The notes under the pieces were generated by a model. That model made no database searches. It saw only the letters and a program-made list of their open reading frames with translations, and had not been told where the DNA came from. The translations under genes and the position numbers were made by a program. From Thermodesulfobacteriota bacterium (GTDB lineage Bacteria > Desulfobacterota > Desulfobacteria > Desulfobacterales > SURF-7), in the NCBI GenBank assembly GCA_049320885.1, contig JBMORA010000031.1, positions 32,001 to 96,000 on the forward strand: a stretch of DNA of 64,000 nucleotides, in the 5' to 3' direction. This document shows, piece after piece, positions 1 through 9,106 of the stretch. The stretch's first letter is position 1. Each line of letters opens with the position of its first letter.

Positions 1-1375
1 GGAGATCCAGCGTAAAAAACCGGCCGTGAATATCCTCCTTGTCCCGCCAATATTTTTCCAGGCCGATTTTCCCGCCGCAGGTGAGAAACGGTGTCGGGTC
101 CCCGCTGCCGCCCGTGGCCAACTGAAAGCCGCTCAGTTCATAATTCTCCTCATCACTGCCTTGATCGAAAAACCGGACGCCCGCCATGACTCGCGGCTCA
201 CGGCCTTTCATCAAATCCCGTTCCAGGGAGGATGCTCCGATGTTTCCGGGTTGATAGGCCAGGGCCTTACGGGAATGATGGATGGCCATGTCGTTGTCGC
301 CTTTCCAGGCGTAGGCATTGGCCAGCCCCTGGTGGGCCGCGGGATTACCGGGCTGCCGCTGCAGGATGACATGGTACTGGGCAATGGCCTTGTCCAGGTT
401 TTCCTTCCGGGAGCCCAGCAGCCGGGCGTATTTCAAGCGGATATCGACCCTGCCCGGATGCTTCCCGACCAGTTTTTCATATTGGCCGGCGGCCTGTTCG
501 TAAGTGGTCTTTTCACCGGCCAGCAGCTCCGCATATGCCAGCCTGGTATCCAGACGATCCCGTCTCTTCAACACGGTTTCGAACTGGATTTTGGCGCTGT
601 CGAAATGACTGCCGGTCCTGGCCAGGGCCTTGGCATATTCCTCCCGCATATCCAGATCTCCCGGGTATCGGTCCACCAGCTTGCGGTACTGGGAAACCGC
701 ATCTTTTCGATGGGCGGCTTCTTTTGCATACAGGCGGGCCAGTTGGAGATTGATTTCCCGGTCCCCGGGATATTTCCGGGCGATTTTTTCATATTCGGCG
801 ATGGCCTCCTTGCGGTAGCGGCCATCCCAGAGCAGCAGTTTCCGGTATTCGGCGTTGAGGACTTTGTTTTCGGGGTTGGAAGCGCCCAGTTTCCGATATT
901 CTTCCACCGCCTCGCCCATGGTTTTTTTATCCGCCGCCAGCAATTTGGCCAGTTTATGACGATTGACCCGGTCCTCCCGGACCGCCAGGCCCATGCGGTA
1001 ATATTTGATGGCGTCCTTTTTACGGTAGGCATACCGGGACCACTCGAGGAACCCGGCCTGTTTGAAGGCGATCTCGGCATCCTTTGGAAACCGCTCCAGA
1101 TAGCGGTCATATTGCTCGATGGCCTTATCGGTCAACCCCTCGGCTTCGTAGGCCTTGCCCAGCAGCCGCATGGCTTCCGGATCGTCCGGCTTGATTTCGA
1201 CAAGTTTCTCAAAGGCTTCGATGGCGGCCTTGTAATTGTGAATGCGCATATTGGCCTTGCCCCTGGACATGTACCAGGACTCCTTCAGCTCCCCGCCGTA
1301 AAGCGGCCCGGCCGAGAGCAGCAGCGACCAGAGAAAAACCAGGCGAAAAGCCGTCAGAGAAAGCGGTCCCTTCAT
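1..1375 (-). CDS. TPR-repeat periplasmic protein with start of a probable C-terminal outer-membrane beta-barrel (BcsC/PgaA-like secretion scaffold); runs off the left edge
   Basis: Hand translation from ATG at 1375 (4 nt after the stop of the synthase gene): MKGPLSLTAFRLVFLWSLLLSAGPLYGG (signal peptide), then many TPR-like repeats (AAIEAFEKLVEIKPDDPEAMRLLGKAY; KAIAQYHVILQRQPGNPAAHQGLANAYAW). No stop found before base 1, so it is absent from the ORF track. Confidence 0.8.
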   Translation of the reverse strand, partial: MKGPLSLTAFRLVFLWSLLLSAGPLYGGELKESWYMSRGKANMRIHNYKAAIEAFEKLVEIKPDDPEAMRLLGKAYEAEGLTDKAIEQYDRYLERFPKDAEIAFKQAGFLEWSRYAYRKKDAIKYYRMGLAVREDRVNRHKLAKLLAADKKTMGEAVEEYRKLGASNPENKVLNAEYRKLLLWDGRYRKEAIAEYEKIARKYPGDREINLQLARLYAKEAAHRKDAVSQYRKLVDRYPGDLDMREEYAKALARTGSHFDSAKIQFETVLKRRDRLDTRLAYAELLAGEKTTYEQAAGQYEKLVGKHPGRVDIRLKYARLLGSRKENLDKAIAQYHVILQRQPGNPAAHQGLANAYAWKGDNDMAIHHSRKALAYQPGNIGASSLERDLMKGREPRVMAGVRFFDQGSDEENYELSGFQLATGGSGDPTPFLTCGGKIGLEKYWRDKEDIHGRFFTLDL

Positions 1376-1379
1376 AGCG

Positions 1380-4300
1380 TTATGATCCTTCTTTCAGGCG
1401 GAATCCGACGCGAAACACCAGCGGCGCCATTTTCTGTTGATAAACAAGTTCCATTTCCATGGTCCCGGCCTCCTGGTTTCCCAACATCCATTTTTCGTTC
1501 CCTTGAATTGCCGGGGTGAAAACCAGAAATCCCCTGCCGGCCGCGGACCGGTTCCGCAGAAGGGCGGCGACCCGCCGCCGGCCGTTGGCCAGGCGCATGA
1601 AAGTAAGGCTTTTATATCGGACCTCGGAGCGTTTCAAGACCATTGAGGAAGAAAAGCAGGAAAAAATGCCCCGGATGAAATAAAACCCCATCAGGAGATT
1701 GCTGCGGGTGTGTTCCCCGTGGACGTCTTCCCAGGTGGCCGGGTCCGCGAAGGTGCGCAGCAGGAGTTGATTGCGATCCCCGGGGTCCCGGAATTGGAAA
1801 CAAAATCCGCACCGGCTGCGGCCGCCTTTTTCCCGGTCGTGATAGACCAATCTTGCGGGAATGCGCAGCGGCTCCGCTGCGAACAGGGTCAACTCCACCG
1901 CCCCGGGAATCCGGTCCTCCGGTCCGGTCCGGAAGGACAAACCCGTGAGGCTGATGTCGCTGGTGGCGGCGCTGAGCGAGACACCACCGGACGTGAGGGT
2001 GAACGGAATGGAAACCCGCAGTCTGTCGGAAGCGCGCCTTTGGGGACGCTCCCAGGCAACCAGCAGGGCCGCCGAAAGCAGCAGCATATTGTAAACGGCC
2101 CATCCCAGGTTGAAAAGATAGGCATCCTTTTCGATTTCGAAATAATAGAATTCCGCCACGCCCTTGATGATGGCCACGGCGTTGATCACGGCCATCAGCA
2201 GCGTGACGGCGGAGGAGGAGAAATCAAACCGGCGCCGGTCCGAGACGATGCCCTTGGGGGTCACCTTGAAGCCCAGGCTTCCGGGCAGCAGCAGGGAGAA
2301 CATGGACAGAAACAGCGGGAAGCAGACCGCCTTCTCGTAAATCACGCCCCAGAACATCCGGGGCCATTTGCGCAAAAGCGCTCCCGAGAGCAGGGGCAGG
2401 CAGATCATGTAGGGCAGCATGTAGGCCAGCAGCACCGATACATCCGCCAGAATCGGATGGAGATGAAACAGCAGATAATACAACGGCGTGATCCAGAAGA
2501 TGACCCGCACCACAGGAAAAAAGAAGTAATACAGGGAGGCGAAATAGCCGAACCGATGCCGAAGGCCCAGGCCTTTCCGGACCAGGGGATTGTCGCGGAA
2601 AAAAATCTGCAGGCAGCCCTGCATCCAGCGGCGCCGCTGCACGATATAGGAGGAGTAGTTTTCCGCGGTCAGGCCCACGGCGAGATCCTTGTCCACGAAG
2701 ACCGATTCGTAGCCCCTGGCGTGGAGATGCTGACTGCTGTGAATATCCTCGGTGATGCTCATCAACTGGAAGCCGCCGATATGCTCAAGCGCCGATCTCC
2801 GGAACACGGCCCCGCTGCCCACGAAAAAGGCCCCTTTCCATCCGTCCCGGCCCCCCTGGATTCCGTGGTTGAACATGTCCTGCTCGTTGGGGATCAGGCC
2901 TTCGCAATGAAAGGCGCGCTGAAAAATATCCGGATTGTAGAAATGGTGGGGGGTCTGGACAACGCCGACTTCGGAATTCTGGAAAAAAGGCACGGTTTCA
3001 TCCAGGAAGCTGGCCACCGGAATGTGATCGGTATCGAAGACCACCACCAGTTCCCCCCCGGTCAGGGACAGGGCGTTGTTCAGATTGCCGGCCTTGGCGT
3101 GTTGTTTCGGCCCTTTGATATAACGGGCACCGCAACTCCCGGCCAGCGCGGCCACTTCTTGCCGGTGGCTGTCGTCCAGCACGAAAACGTTCTTGTTCCG
3201 ATACCCCATGGAACAAGCGGCCAGCAGGGTTTTTTCGAGGATGTCGAGGCTTTCGGAATAGATGGGAATGTACACATCCACGGATGGGCAGTAGTTTTCC
3301 GGTTGTTGCGGCAGCTCCCGTTTCCGCTTTTTCAGACCGACCTGCAGCAGCAACAGGAAAACCGTGGACAGGCAATAGAATTCGGCGGCCAGCAGGGAAA
3401 TGCTGATAAAGGGACCGAGGGCTTCCAGAAAATTGAGCGAACACGCAACCCGCCAATTCAGGTATCGCAGACACAGGGCGAAGCCGGTGATCAGGAATCC
3501 GGCCTTGAAAAACGCATACCGGTCGAGGCCTTCCCAGCGGGAAAGCAGAAACAGGGCCAAACAGGCCATGGAGAGATGCAAAGGGAAATGGCTCCGAAAA
3601 CCGCGAAAATCAAACGGTTTCAGGAAGTCGAAAAAATCCGTCAGATCACGCGCCACATGAACCTGCAGCGCCCGATCGAACCACAGCCAGTTGTGGAGAT
3701 AATACGGAGTATCCTTCCCGGCCCTGGCCTTCCGCCATAACTCGCCGAGCTTGTGCTCACTCAATTGCCGGGCAAGATCCGGATCACCGATGGCGGCCAG
3801 GGAACGCACCGTGGCGTACAAAGGGAGCGCCTCGAACCGGGACTTCGATTTGCCGTCGATGGTATAGCGGTCATCGAACCGCCGCCGGTTTTGCCATTCG
3901 GATTTCCAGAAAGCCAGCATCCGGCCGATCAACTCGGTTTTGTTCCGGCCATGCCAGTAATCATCCACGGCCACCCGCCAGTAAATGGGAAACGCATCGT
4001 AACTGAAATCGGCCTTCCGCCCCTTTCCCGGTTTCATCAGCGTCGGTTTACCGGTCTTGCGGTCCAGATAGACGATTTCCGGCGGCAGGGGCAGTTTTTC
4101 CTGCAGGAAAATCCATTCCAGGATTTCATAGGAGGAAACCACCAGTTCCTTCCAGGGATGTTCCTCATCCACCTCGGCAAACAATTCATAGGCGTAGGGC
4201 GCCAGATAGGCAACGTGGACGGTGGGAAACGCCTCCTGGAGACTCCAGTTCCCGGCGGTGGGATAGTATTTGTCCTGGAGCCGAATGACCTCGTTTCTCC

Positions 4301-4766
4301 AGATGTCCTGAATGATCCTACGGGCGTCATCCCGGTATGCAGCCGTGGAGAATTTTTCCGCCGCCAAAAGGAGGGCCAGGGCGATATCCGTATCTGCATC
4401 CGTGGCGGAATTGCGGTCCTGTTTCCATTTCCAGGCGAACAAGTGATCCCCCCGGACCATCAGATTCTCCCGTGTCCACTGGTAGACCTGTTTGAAGGTC
4501 CGGTGATCGTTGGACCAGACCGCCCGCAGCAGGGCGTAGCCCTGCCCCTCCGAGGTCGTGATGTTGTTCTCGTCGAGACTGATCACCCGACCTTCCCGGA
4601 TATACGTGTATTTGTAGAAACTCCACAGTTCGTGAAGGCTGTTGACCAGGGCATGGGATTTCCCGGCCGGCGCCGCCGCCAGGGGAAGCGGGGAAGGCAG
4701 GAGCCAGAAGGCGGCGGCCAGCAGCGGGATGGTTACAAGTGGATGTGACAATACAATTCTGTTCAT
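1380..4766 (-). CDS. bcsA: GH8 endoglucanase (BcsZ-like) fused to cellulose synthase catalytic subunit (GT2) with C-terminal PilZ domain(s)
   Basis: Signal peptide; GH8 motifs TTSEGQGY, SATDAD, SYDA; TM helices; GT2 motifs LDD, HAKAGNLN, FDTDH, QTPH, FFVGS, TED, QRRRW; PilZ RASDR and DISLTG. Confidence 0.92.
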   Translation of the reverse strand: MNRIVLSHPLVTIPLLAAAFWLLPSPLPLAAAPAGKSHALVNSLHELWSFYKYTYIREGRVISLDENNITTSEGQGYALLRAVWSNDHRTFKQVYQWTRENLMVRGDHLFAWKWKQDRNSATDADTDIALALLLAAEKFSTAAYRDDARRIIQDIWRNEVIRLQDKYYPTAGNWSLQEAFPTVHVAYLAPYAYELFAEVDEEHPWKELVVSSYEILEWIFLQEKLPLPPEIVYLDRKTGKPTLMKPGKGRKADFSYDAFPIYWRVAVDDYWHGRNKTELIGRMLAFWKSEWQNRRRFDDRYTIDGKSKSRFEALPLYATVRSLAAIGDPDLARQLSEHKLGELWRKARAGKDTPYYLHNWLWFDRALQVHVARDLTDFFDFLKPFDFRGFRSHFPLHLSMACLALFLLSRWEGLDRYAFFKAGFLITGFALCLRYLNWRVACSLNFLEALGPFISISLLAAEFYCLSTVFLLLLQVGLKKRKRELPQQPENYCPSVDVYIPIYSESLDILEKTLLAACSMGYRNKNVFVLDDSHRQEVAALAGSCGARYIKGPKQHAKAGNLNNALSLTGGELVVVFDTDHIPVASFLDETVPFFQNSEVGVVQTPHHFYNPDIFQRAFHCEGLIPNEQDMFNHGIQGGRDGWKGAFFVGSGAVFRRSALEHIGGFQLMSITEDIHSSQHLHARGYESVFVDKDLAVGLTAENYSSYIVQRRRWMQGCLQIFFRDNPLVRKGLGLRHRFGYFASLYYFFFPVVRVIFWITPLYYLLFHLHPILADVSVLLAYMLPYMICLPLLSGALLRKWPRMFWGVIYEKAVCFPLFLSMFSLLLPGSLGFKVTPKGIVSDRRRFDFSSSAVTLLMAVINAVAIIKGVAEFYYFEIEKDAYLFNLGWAVYNMLLLSAALLVAWERPQRRASDRLRVSIPFTLTSGGVSLSAATSDISLTGLSFRTGPEDRIPGAVELTLFAAEPLRIPARLVYHDREKGGRSRCGFCFQFRDPGDRNQLLLRTFADPATWEDVHGEHTRSNLLMGFYFIRGIFSCFSSSMVLKRSEVRYKSLTFMRLANGRRRVAALLRNRSAAGRGFLVFTPAIQGNEKWMLGNQEAGTMEMELVYQQKMAPLVFRVGFRLKEGS

Positions 4767-4834
4767 GCCGTCCGTGAGTCGTCCTTGAAAAAAAAGAGAC
4801 TCTATAAATCAGCGCCCCCCTGCTGTCAATCGTT

Positions 4835-5725
4835 TTACCAGTGGGGCTGGTTCCCGATTCTTTTTCCCATGATTTCCAGAGTGTCCGTTACCACCATGAA
4901 GGTCTGGGGATCCATACGACGGATCAGTTGTTTCAGACGGGCCAGTTCCTGAAAGGTAATCACCGTATACAGGATTTTTTCCTCCTGGCCGGAATACCCG
5001 CCCTCCCCCGGGATCACCGTGACGCCGCGCTTGATTTCGTTCATGATGCCGTCGGCGATCTTCCGCCATTGCGGGGAAATGATCAGCACCGCCTTGCGCT
5101 GGCTCAGCCCGGTCACCACCAGATTGATGATCCGGGAGGATACGAAAATAAAAATCAGGGTATACAGAGCGCTCTCCAGGGAAAAGAGCAACCCGGCGGC
5201 GGCCAGCAGCAGAAAATTGAAGGCCAGCACCGTGCTCCCGATCCGGATGGAGAAGCGTTTCATCAGAATGATGGACAGGATATCCGTGCCGCCGGATGAA
5301 CCGTAGGAGCGCAACGTGATCCCGGCGCCGGCGCCGAACAGAATCCCGGCCAGCAGCGCGCTCAAAAGCGGATCATGGACGTCAAAGGGGACCTGAATCC
5401 AGGATACCGCCAGGGTGAACATCAGCATTCCCACCAGGCTGTAGTAGAAAAACCGCCGGCTGACATAAATCCACCCCAGGACGAACAGGGGGATATTCAG
5501 GAGGAAATACAGGAGGCCCATATCCCAGGACGGCAGGATGAAATACACCAGCATGGCCAGCCCGGTCACGCCGCTGCTGATGAACTGCCTGGGAATCAGG
5601 ATGCCGTTCACCGCCAGGGCGCAGAGCAGGCTGCCGGCCAGCATGAGCGCCAGGTTCCAGGCGATAACGCCGGGGGATGAGCTGCCGGCTTTTTCAACCG
5701 AAATCGTTTTTTCGTCGGATGTCAT
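4835..5725 (-). CDS. YitT family membrane protein (DUF161/DUF2179)
   Basis: GVTG, LNIPLF, SSGGTD, RGVT...GEGGYS, DPQTFMVV motifs; multiple TM helices. Confidence 0.9.
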   Translation of the reverse strand: MTSDEKTISVEKAGSSSPGVIAWNLALMLAGSLLCALAVNGILIPRQFISSGVTGLAMLVYFILPSWDMGLLYFLLNIPLFVLGWIYVSRRFFYYSLVGMLMFTLAVSWIQVPFDVHDPLLSALLAGILFGAGAGITLRSYGSSGGTDILSIILMKRFSIRIGSTVLAFNFLLLAAAGLLFSLESALYTLIFIFVSSRIINLVVTGLSQRKAVLIISPQWRKIADGIMNEIKRGVTVIPGEGGYSGQEEKILYTVITFQELARLKQLIRRMDPQTFMVVTDTLEIMGKRIGNQPHW

Positions 5726-5936
5726 GAAAGAGCCCTTTCGTCAGGGGGTTGCGAAGAACAAATCCGCTACCTTCTCAAACGGTTATGGGATTCCGCGCTT
5801 GTCCATGCGGCTTCCGGAATAATCTGTTTAGCTTTTTTTGGCGCTTGTTTCAAGGAATCCGCTGCGGTTGGTTCCGCGCGCGGGAAAAAATCCGGGATTC
5901 CAGGGGACCTCGGGGAACAAGGTCACGATTATTTTC

Positions 5937-5978
5937 TTGACTTTTTATGTTTCCAAATTATATTGTGCACGATAATTT
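5937..5978 (+). promoter_or_regulatory. Putative sigma70 promoter overlapped by a palindromic MarR/OhrR-type operator
   Basis: TTGACT (5937-5942), 16 nt, TATATT (5959-5964); near-palindrome ATTGTGCACGAT at 5962-5973 upstream of an operon containing a MarR gene. Confidence 0.5.
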
Positions 5979-6040
5979 TGAACGCCATATAAATGAAGAA
6001 CCCCAACGGGCCTGACCACAACCAGAAAGGATAGCCCCAA

Positions 6041-6478
6041 ATGAACAAACCGATACTGCTCACCGTCTGCACCATGATGCTGGCCGGCTGCGCGGGCAGT
6101 CCCCCTAAACACATCGGCCTGCGGGACGGCCGTCTGGCGCCCTGCCCCGGCAAACCCAATTGCGTCATCAGCGACGCCAACGATGCGGAACATTATATCG
6201 ACCCCATCCGGTACACCGGCGACCGGAAAGCCGCCATGCAGCGGCTCAAAGCCGTGGCGATCTCCTTTGACCGGAGCCGCATCGTGTCCGCAGACGAGCG
6301 CTACCTGCACATGGAATTCAAATCGCTGGTGTTCCGGTTTGTCGACGATGTGGAATTTTATTTTCCCGACGAACCCCTCATCCACGTCCGCTCCGCCTCG
6401 CGGATCGGCTATTCCGATCTGGGGGTCAACCGGAAACGGGTGGAGGCCATCCGCGCGAAATTCAATGAAGGCAAGTAA
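6041..6478 (+). CDS. DUF1499 family lipoprotein
   Basis: Lipobox LAGC; LAPCPGKPNCVIS, FVDDVEF, RSASRIGYSDLGVNRKR. Confidence 0.9.
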   Translation: MNKPILLTVCTMMLAGCAGSPPKHIGLRDGRLAPCPGKPNCVISDANDAEHYIDPIRYTGDRKAAMQRLKAVAISFDRSRIVSADERYLHMEFKSLVFRFVDDVEFYFPDEPLIHVRSASRIGYSDLGVNRKRVEAIRAKFNEGK

Positions 6479-6526
6479 CCACAACCGATTCCGGGGAAAT
6501 TTCAGGGATCGGGCAAGGGGGCTGCG

Positions 6527-7003
6527 ATGAACCGCGACGAACTGCTGCGCCTGGACAACCAGCTGTGTTTTCTCCTGTACGCGACCTTCCGGAAAATCGC
6601 CGGGCTCTACCGGCCGCTGCTGGATAAACTGGGAATCACCTATCCCCAATATCTGGTGATGCTGGTGCTGTGGGAGCATGGCCCCCTTTCGGTGGGTGAA
6701 ATCGGGGCCCGCCTGCACCTGGACTCCGGAACCCTCACGCCCCTGCTGAAACGGCTGGAAAAACAGGCGCTGGTCCACCGGAATCGCTCGGCGGAGGATG
6801 AACGCAGGGTCACCATCCGCCTGACGGAAGCGGGCGCGGCCATGAAGGCGTCGGCCTACAGTATCCCGGAAGCCATGATCTGCAACAGCGGCGTGACCGC
6901 GTCCCAGTATTGGACCCTTAAAAAAGAACTCGATTCCCTGCTGGCTCAAATCCCGACATCCGGACAATGTAAAAAGGAAACCATGCATCATGAGCATCCG
7001 TGA
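6527..7003 (+). CDS. MarR family regulator, OhrR-like
   Basis: LDNQLCF with N-terminal Cys, TYPQYLVMLVLWE, LDSGTLTPLLKRLE, DERRV. Confidence 0.9.
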   Translation: MNRDELLRLDNQLCFLLYATFRKIAGLYRPLLDKLGITYPQYLVMLVLWEHGPLSVGEIGARLHLDSGTLTPLLKRLEKQALVHRNRSAEDERRVTIRLTEAGAAMKASAYSIPEAMICNSGVTASQYWTLKKELDSLLAQIPTSGQCKKETMHHEHP

Positions 7004-8240
7004 CATGATGGGCTGCAGGCTCGCCTGCTCGACACTGTTACTGCTGATCCAACTGCTCTGGAACCTGCTTCCGGGACAGCCGGAAGCCGCGCTGTCGGCC
7101 TCACTTGGAGTGGACAACCTGGTTTTTGAGGGGATCGAAACCAATTATGCCGGCGATTACGACAAGGCCCTGAATCTGTTCCAGCAGGTGGAGACGCTGG
7201 CGCCGGACCATCCGGCCGGGGCTTTTTACCAGGCGTCGGTGCTGTTTTGGAAAAACAGTCTGGACCCCAACAACCCGCGTTACGACGACGACATCCGGCG
7301 CCTGCTGGAGCGGGCTATCGCCGTGTCCCAAAAACGCCTGGACAAACAGGCGGACGATCTGGATGCCCTGCATTACATGGGACTTGCCTATACGTATCTG
7401 GGGCGCATGGATGCCCACCGGGGCCGATTGTACGAAGGCGGCGTCCAGGGGGAAACCGGCCGGAAATATCTGGAAACCGCCATGCAACTTTACCGGAACA
7501 GCGCCTCCGGGAATGCCGGGAAAAACGAAAACGCCGCCTTGGTGTATGAAGACATCCACTTCCCCTACGGCGCCTATGTCTATTTCGCCGGACGGCTTCC
7601 CCGGTTTCTCCGGATGTTCAATTTTTTGTGGTTCATCCCCCGGGGTTCCGCTCCGGAAGGCATCGCGGCCCTGGAAAAAGCCCGGAAAAACAGCCGCCTG
7701 CACCATCTTGGCGCCACCCATCTGCTGGTAAGCATCTACGCCCATCTGGAACCCGGCAAAACGAGGGAAGCCCTTGCATTGTCCACGGAATTGACCCGGC
7801 GGTTTCCCGACAATCCGGTCCTGGATCTGCAGCAGGCGCGCCTGTTGCTGCTCAACGGGAAATACGAGGAAGCCCGCGCCCATACCCGGTCCATCCTAAA
7901 CAAGGTGCGGACGGCCCGTCTCAATTACGATGCCTGGGTTCTCAATGCAACCCGTCTGATCATTGCTGAGATCGACATCCACAAAGGGGAACTCCAGGCA
8001 TCGACGGCCGCGCTCGCCGACATCGAATCCTCGGCCAAACCCGAGATCGCCGCCGTGCTCTCGCCCCAGATCCTGCTGCTGAAGGGCATGATCGAGGACC
8101 TGAAGGGCTTGCGTCGGGAGGCGGTCCGCTATTACAAAGCCGTTCTCGATCAGGAAGACCGTTTTCGCAACCGGATGGCGGAGAAGGAGGCGCAACGGAG
8201 AATCGAGCAGGCGTTTTCCCCGGGTCTTCCCAGGGGTTGA
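6990..8240 (+). CDS. Exported TPR/alpha-helical repeat protein
   Basis: N-terminal hydrophobic signal; TPR-like helices (ALHYMGLAYTYLG; EAVRYYKAVL). Confidence 0.7.
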   Translation: MSIRDMMGCRLACSTLLLLIQLLWNLLPGQPEAALSASLGVDNLVFEGIETNYAGDYDKALNLFQQVETLAPDHPAGAFYQASVLFWKNSLDPNNPRYDDDIRRLLERAIAVSQKRLDKQADDLDALHYMGLAYTYLGRMDAHRGRLYEGGVQGETGRKYLETAMQLYRNSASGNAGKNENAALVYEDIHFPYGAYVYFAGRLPRFLRMFNFLWFIPRGSAPEGIAALEKARKNSRLHHLGATHLLVSIYAHLEPGKTREALALSTELTRRFPDNPVLDLQQARLLLLNGKYEEARAHTRSILNKVRTARLNYDAWVLNATRLIIAEIDIHKGELQASTAALADIESSAKPEIAAVLSPQILLLKGMIEDLKGLRREAVRYYKAVLDQEDRFRNRMAEKEAQRRIEQAFSPGLPRG

Positions 8241-8254
8241 ATCCGGTCCTTCGG

Positions 8255-9106
8255 TCAAGATCCGGTTTTCTTCCCCCGGGCTTTTTTCACCGCATGATCC
8301 AGGACCCTTTCCACAACCCCGGGCAGCCAGCGTTTGATGAGATAAACCAGACGTCCATCCATGCCGGGGATGATCATGAAGCGATCTTGACTCATCCCCC
8401 TCATCATTTCCCGAGCCACATCCCGGGCGGACATGAGTTTCGCCGTCTGGGAAATGGCCCGGGTTTCCGGCGGCTTGCCGATATTCTCCAAGGCGTATCC
8501 CGGCGTGTCCGTATCCGGCGGGCACAGCACGGATACCCGGATCCCCATGGGCTTGAATTCATTTCGCAGAACTTCCGACAAACCGACCACGGCGAACTTG
8601 GAGGCACAATAATCCGCATAACCGAAAAGACCCAGGAACCCGGCGATGGAGGCCACATTGACGATATGGCCGCCGCCCTTTTCCTGCATTTGGGGCGCAA
8701 GGACGGCGATGGTGTTCCATGTCCCGTATACATTGATCTTCATGGTTTCGTCGAACTGCTCAAAGGATATGCTTGCGAAATAATCCGGTTTGGCCCTTCC
8801 GGCTGAATTGATCAGGATGCCCGGAATCCCGAACTCCGTAACGGCCCTGGTCATCACCTGTTTCACCGCTTCCGGATCCGCCACATCCAGCTGGTAATAA
8901 CCGCATGGCCGGGCATCGCTTGCCCGGTGCCGCCGAATCTGCCGGGCAGCCTCCTCCAGCGGACCGATACGCCGGGCAAAAATCACCACATGGGCTCCCC
9001 CGGCGGCCATCAATTCGGCTGCCGCCAGACCGATCCCGCTGGACCCGCCGGTGATATAAACGACCCTATCCTCGAAGCCTTTTTTCATGCCGGTGGAGGA
9101 TCGCAT
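8255..9106 (-). CDS. SDR oxidoreductase, 3-ketodihydrosphingosine reductase (KDSR)-like subfamily
   Basis: TGGSSGIG, NSAG, YCASK catalytic motif, PPDTDTPG...KPPETRAIS; start may be the later ATG (MKKGF). Confidence 0.85.
   Translation of the reverse strand: MRSSTGMKKGFEDRVVYITGGSSGIGLAAAELMAAGGAHVVIFARRIGPLEEAARQIRRHRASDARPCGYYQLDVADPEAVKQVMTRAVTEFGIPGILINSAGRAKPDYFASISFEQFDETMKINVYGTWNTIAVLAPQMQEKGGGHIVNVASIAGFLGLFGYADYCASKFAVVGLSEVLRNEFKPMGIRVSVLCPPDTDTPGYALENIGKPPETRAISQTAKLMSARDVAREMMRGMSQDRFMIIPGMDGRLVYLIKRWLPGVVERVLDHAVKKARGKKTGS

Noticed and set aside
26..1519. 497-aa plus-strand ORF
   Set aside because: Exact antisense shadow of the minus-strand TPR gene; no motifs.
1710..4748. 676-aa and 331-aa plus-strand ORFs
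   Set aside because: Antisense shadows of the GH8-BcsA gene, expected in GC-rich DNA.
5945..7144. 399-aa minus-strand ORF
   Set aside because: Overlaps three well-supported plus-strand genes.
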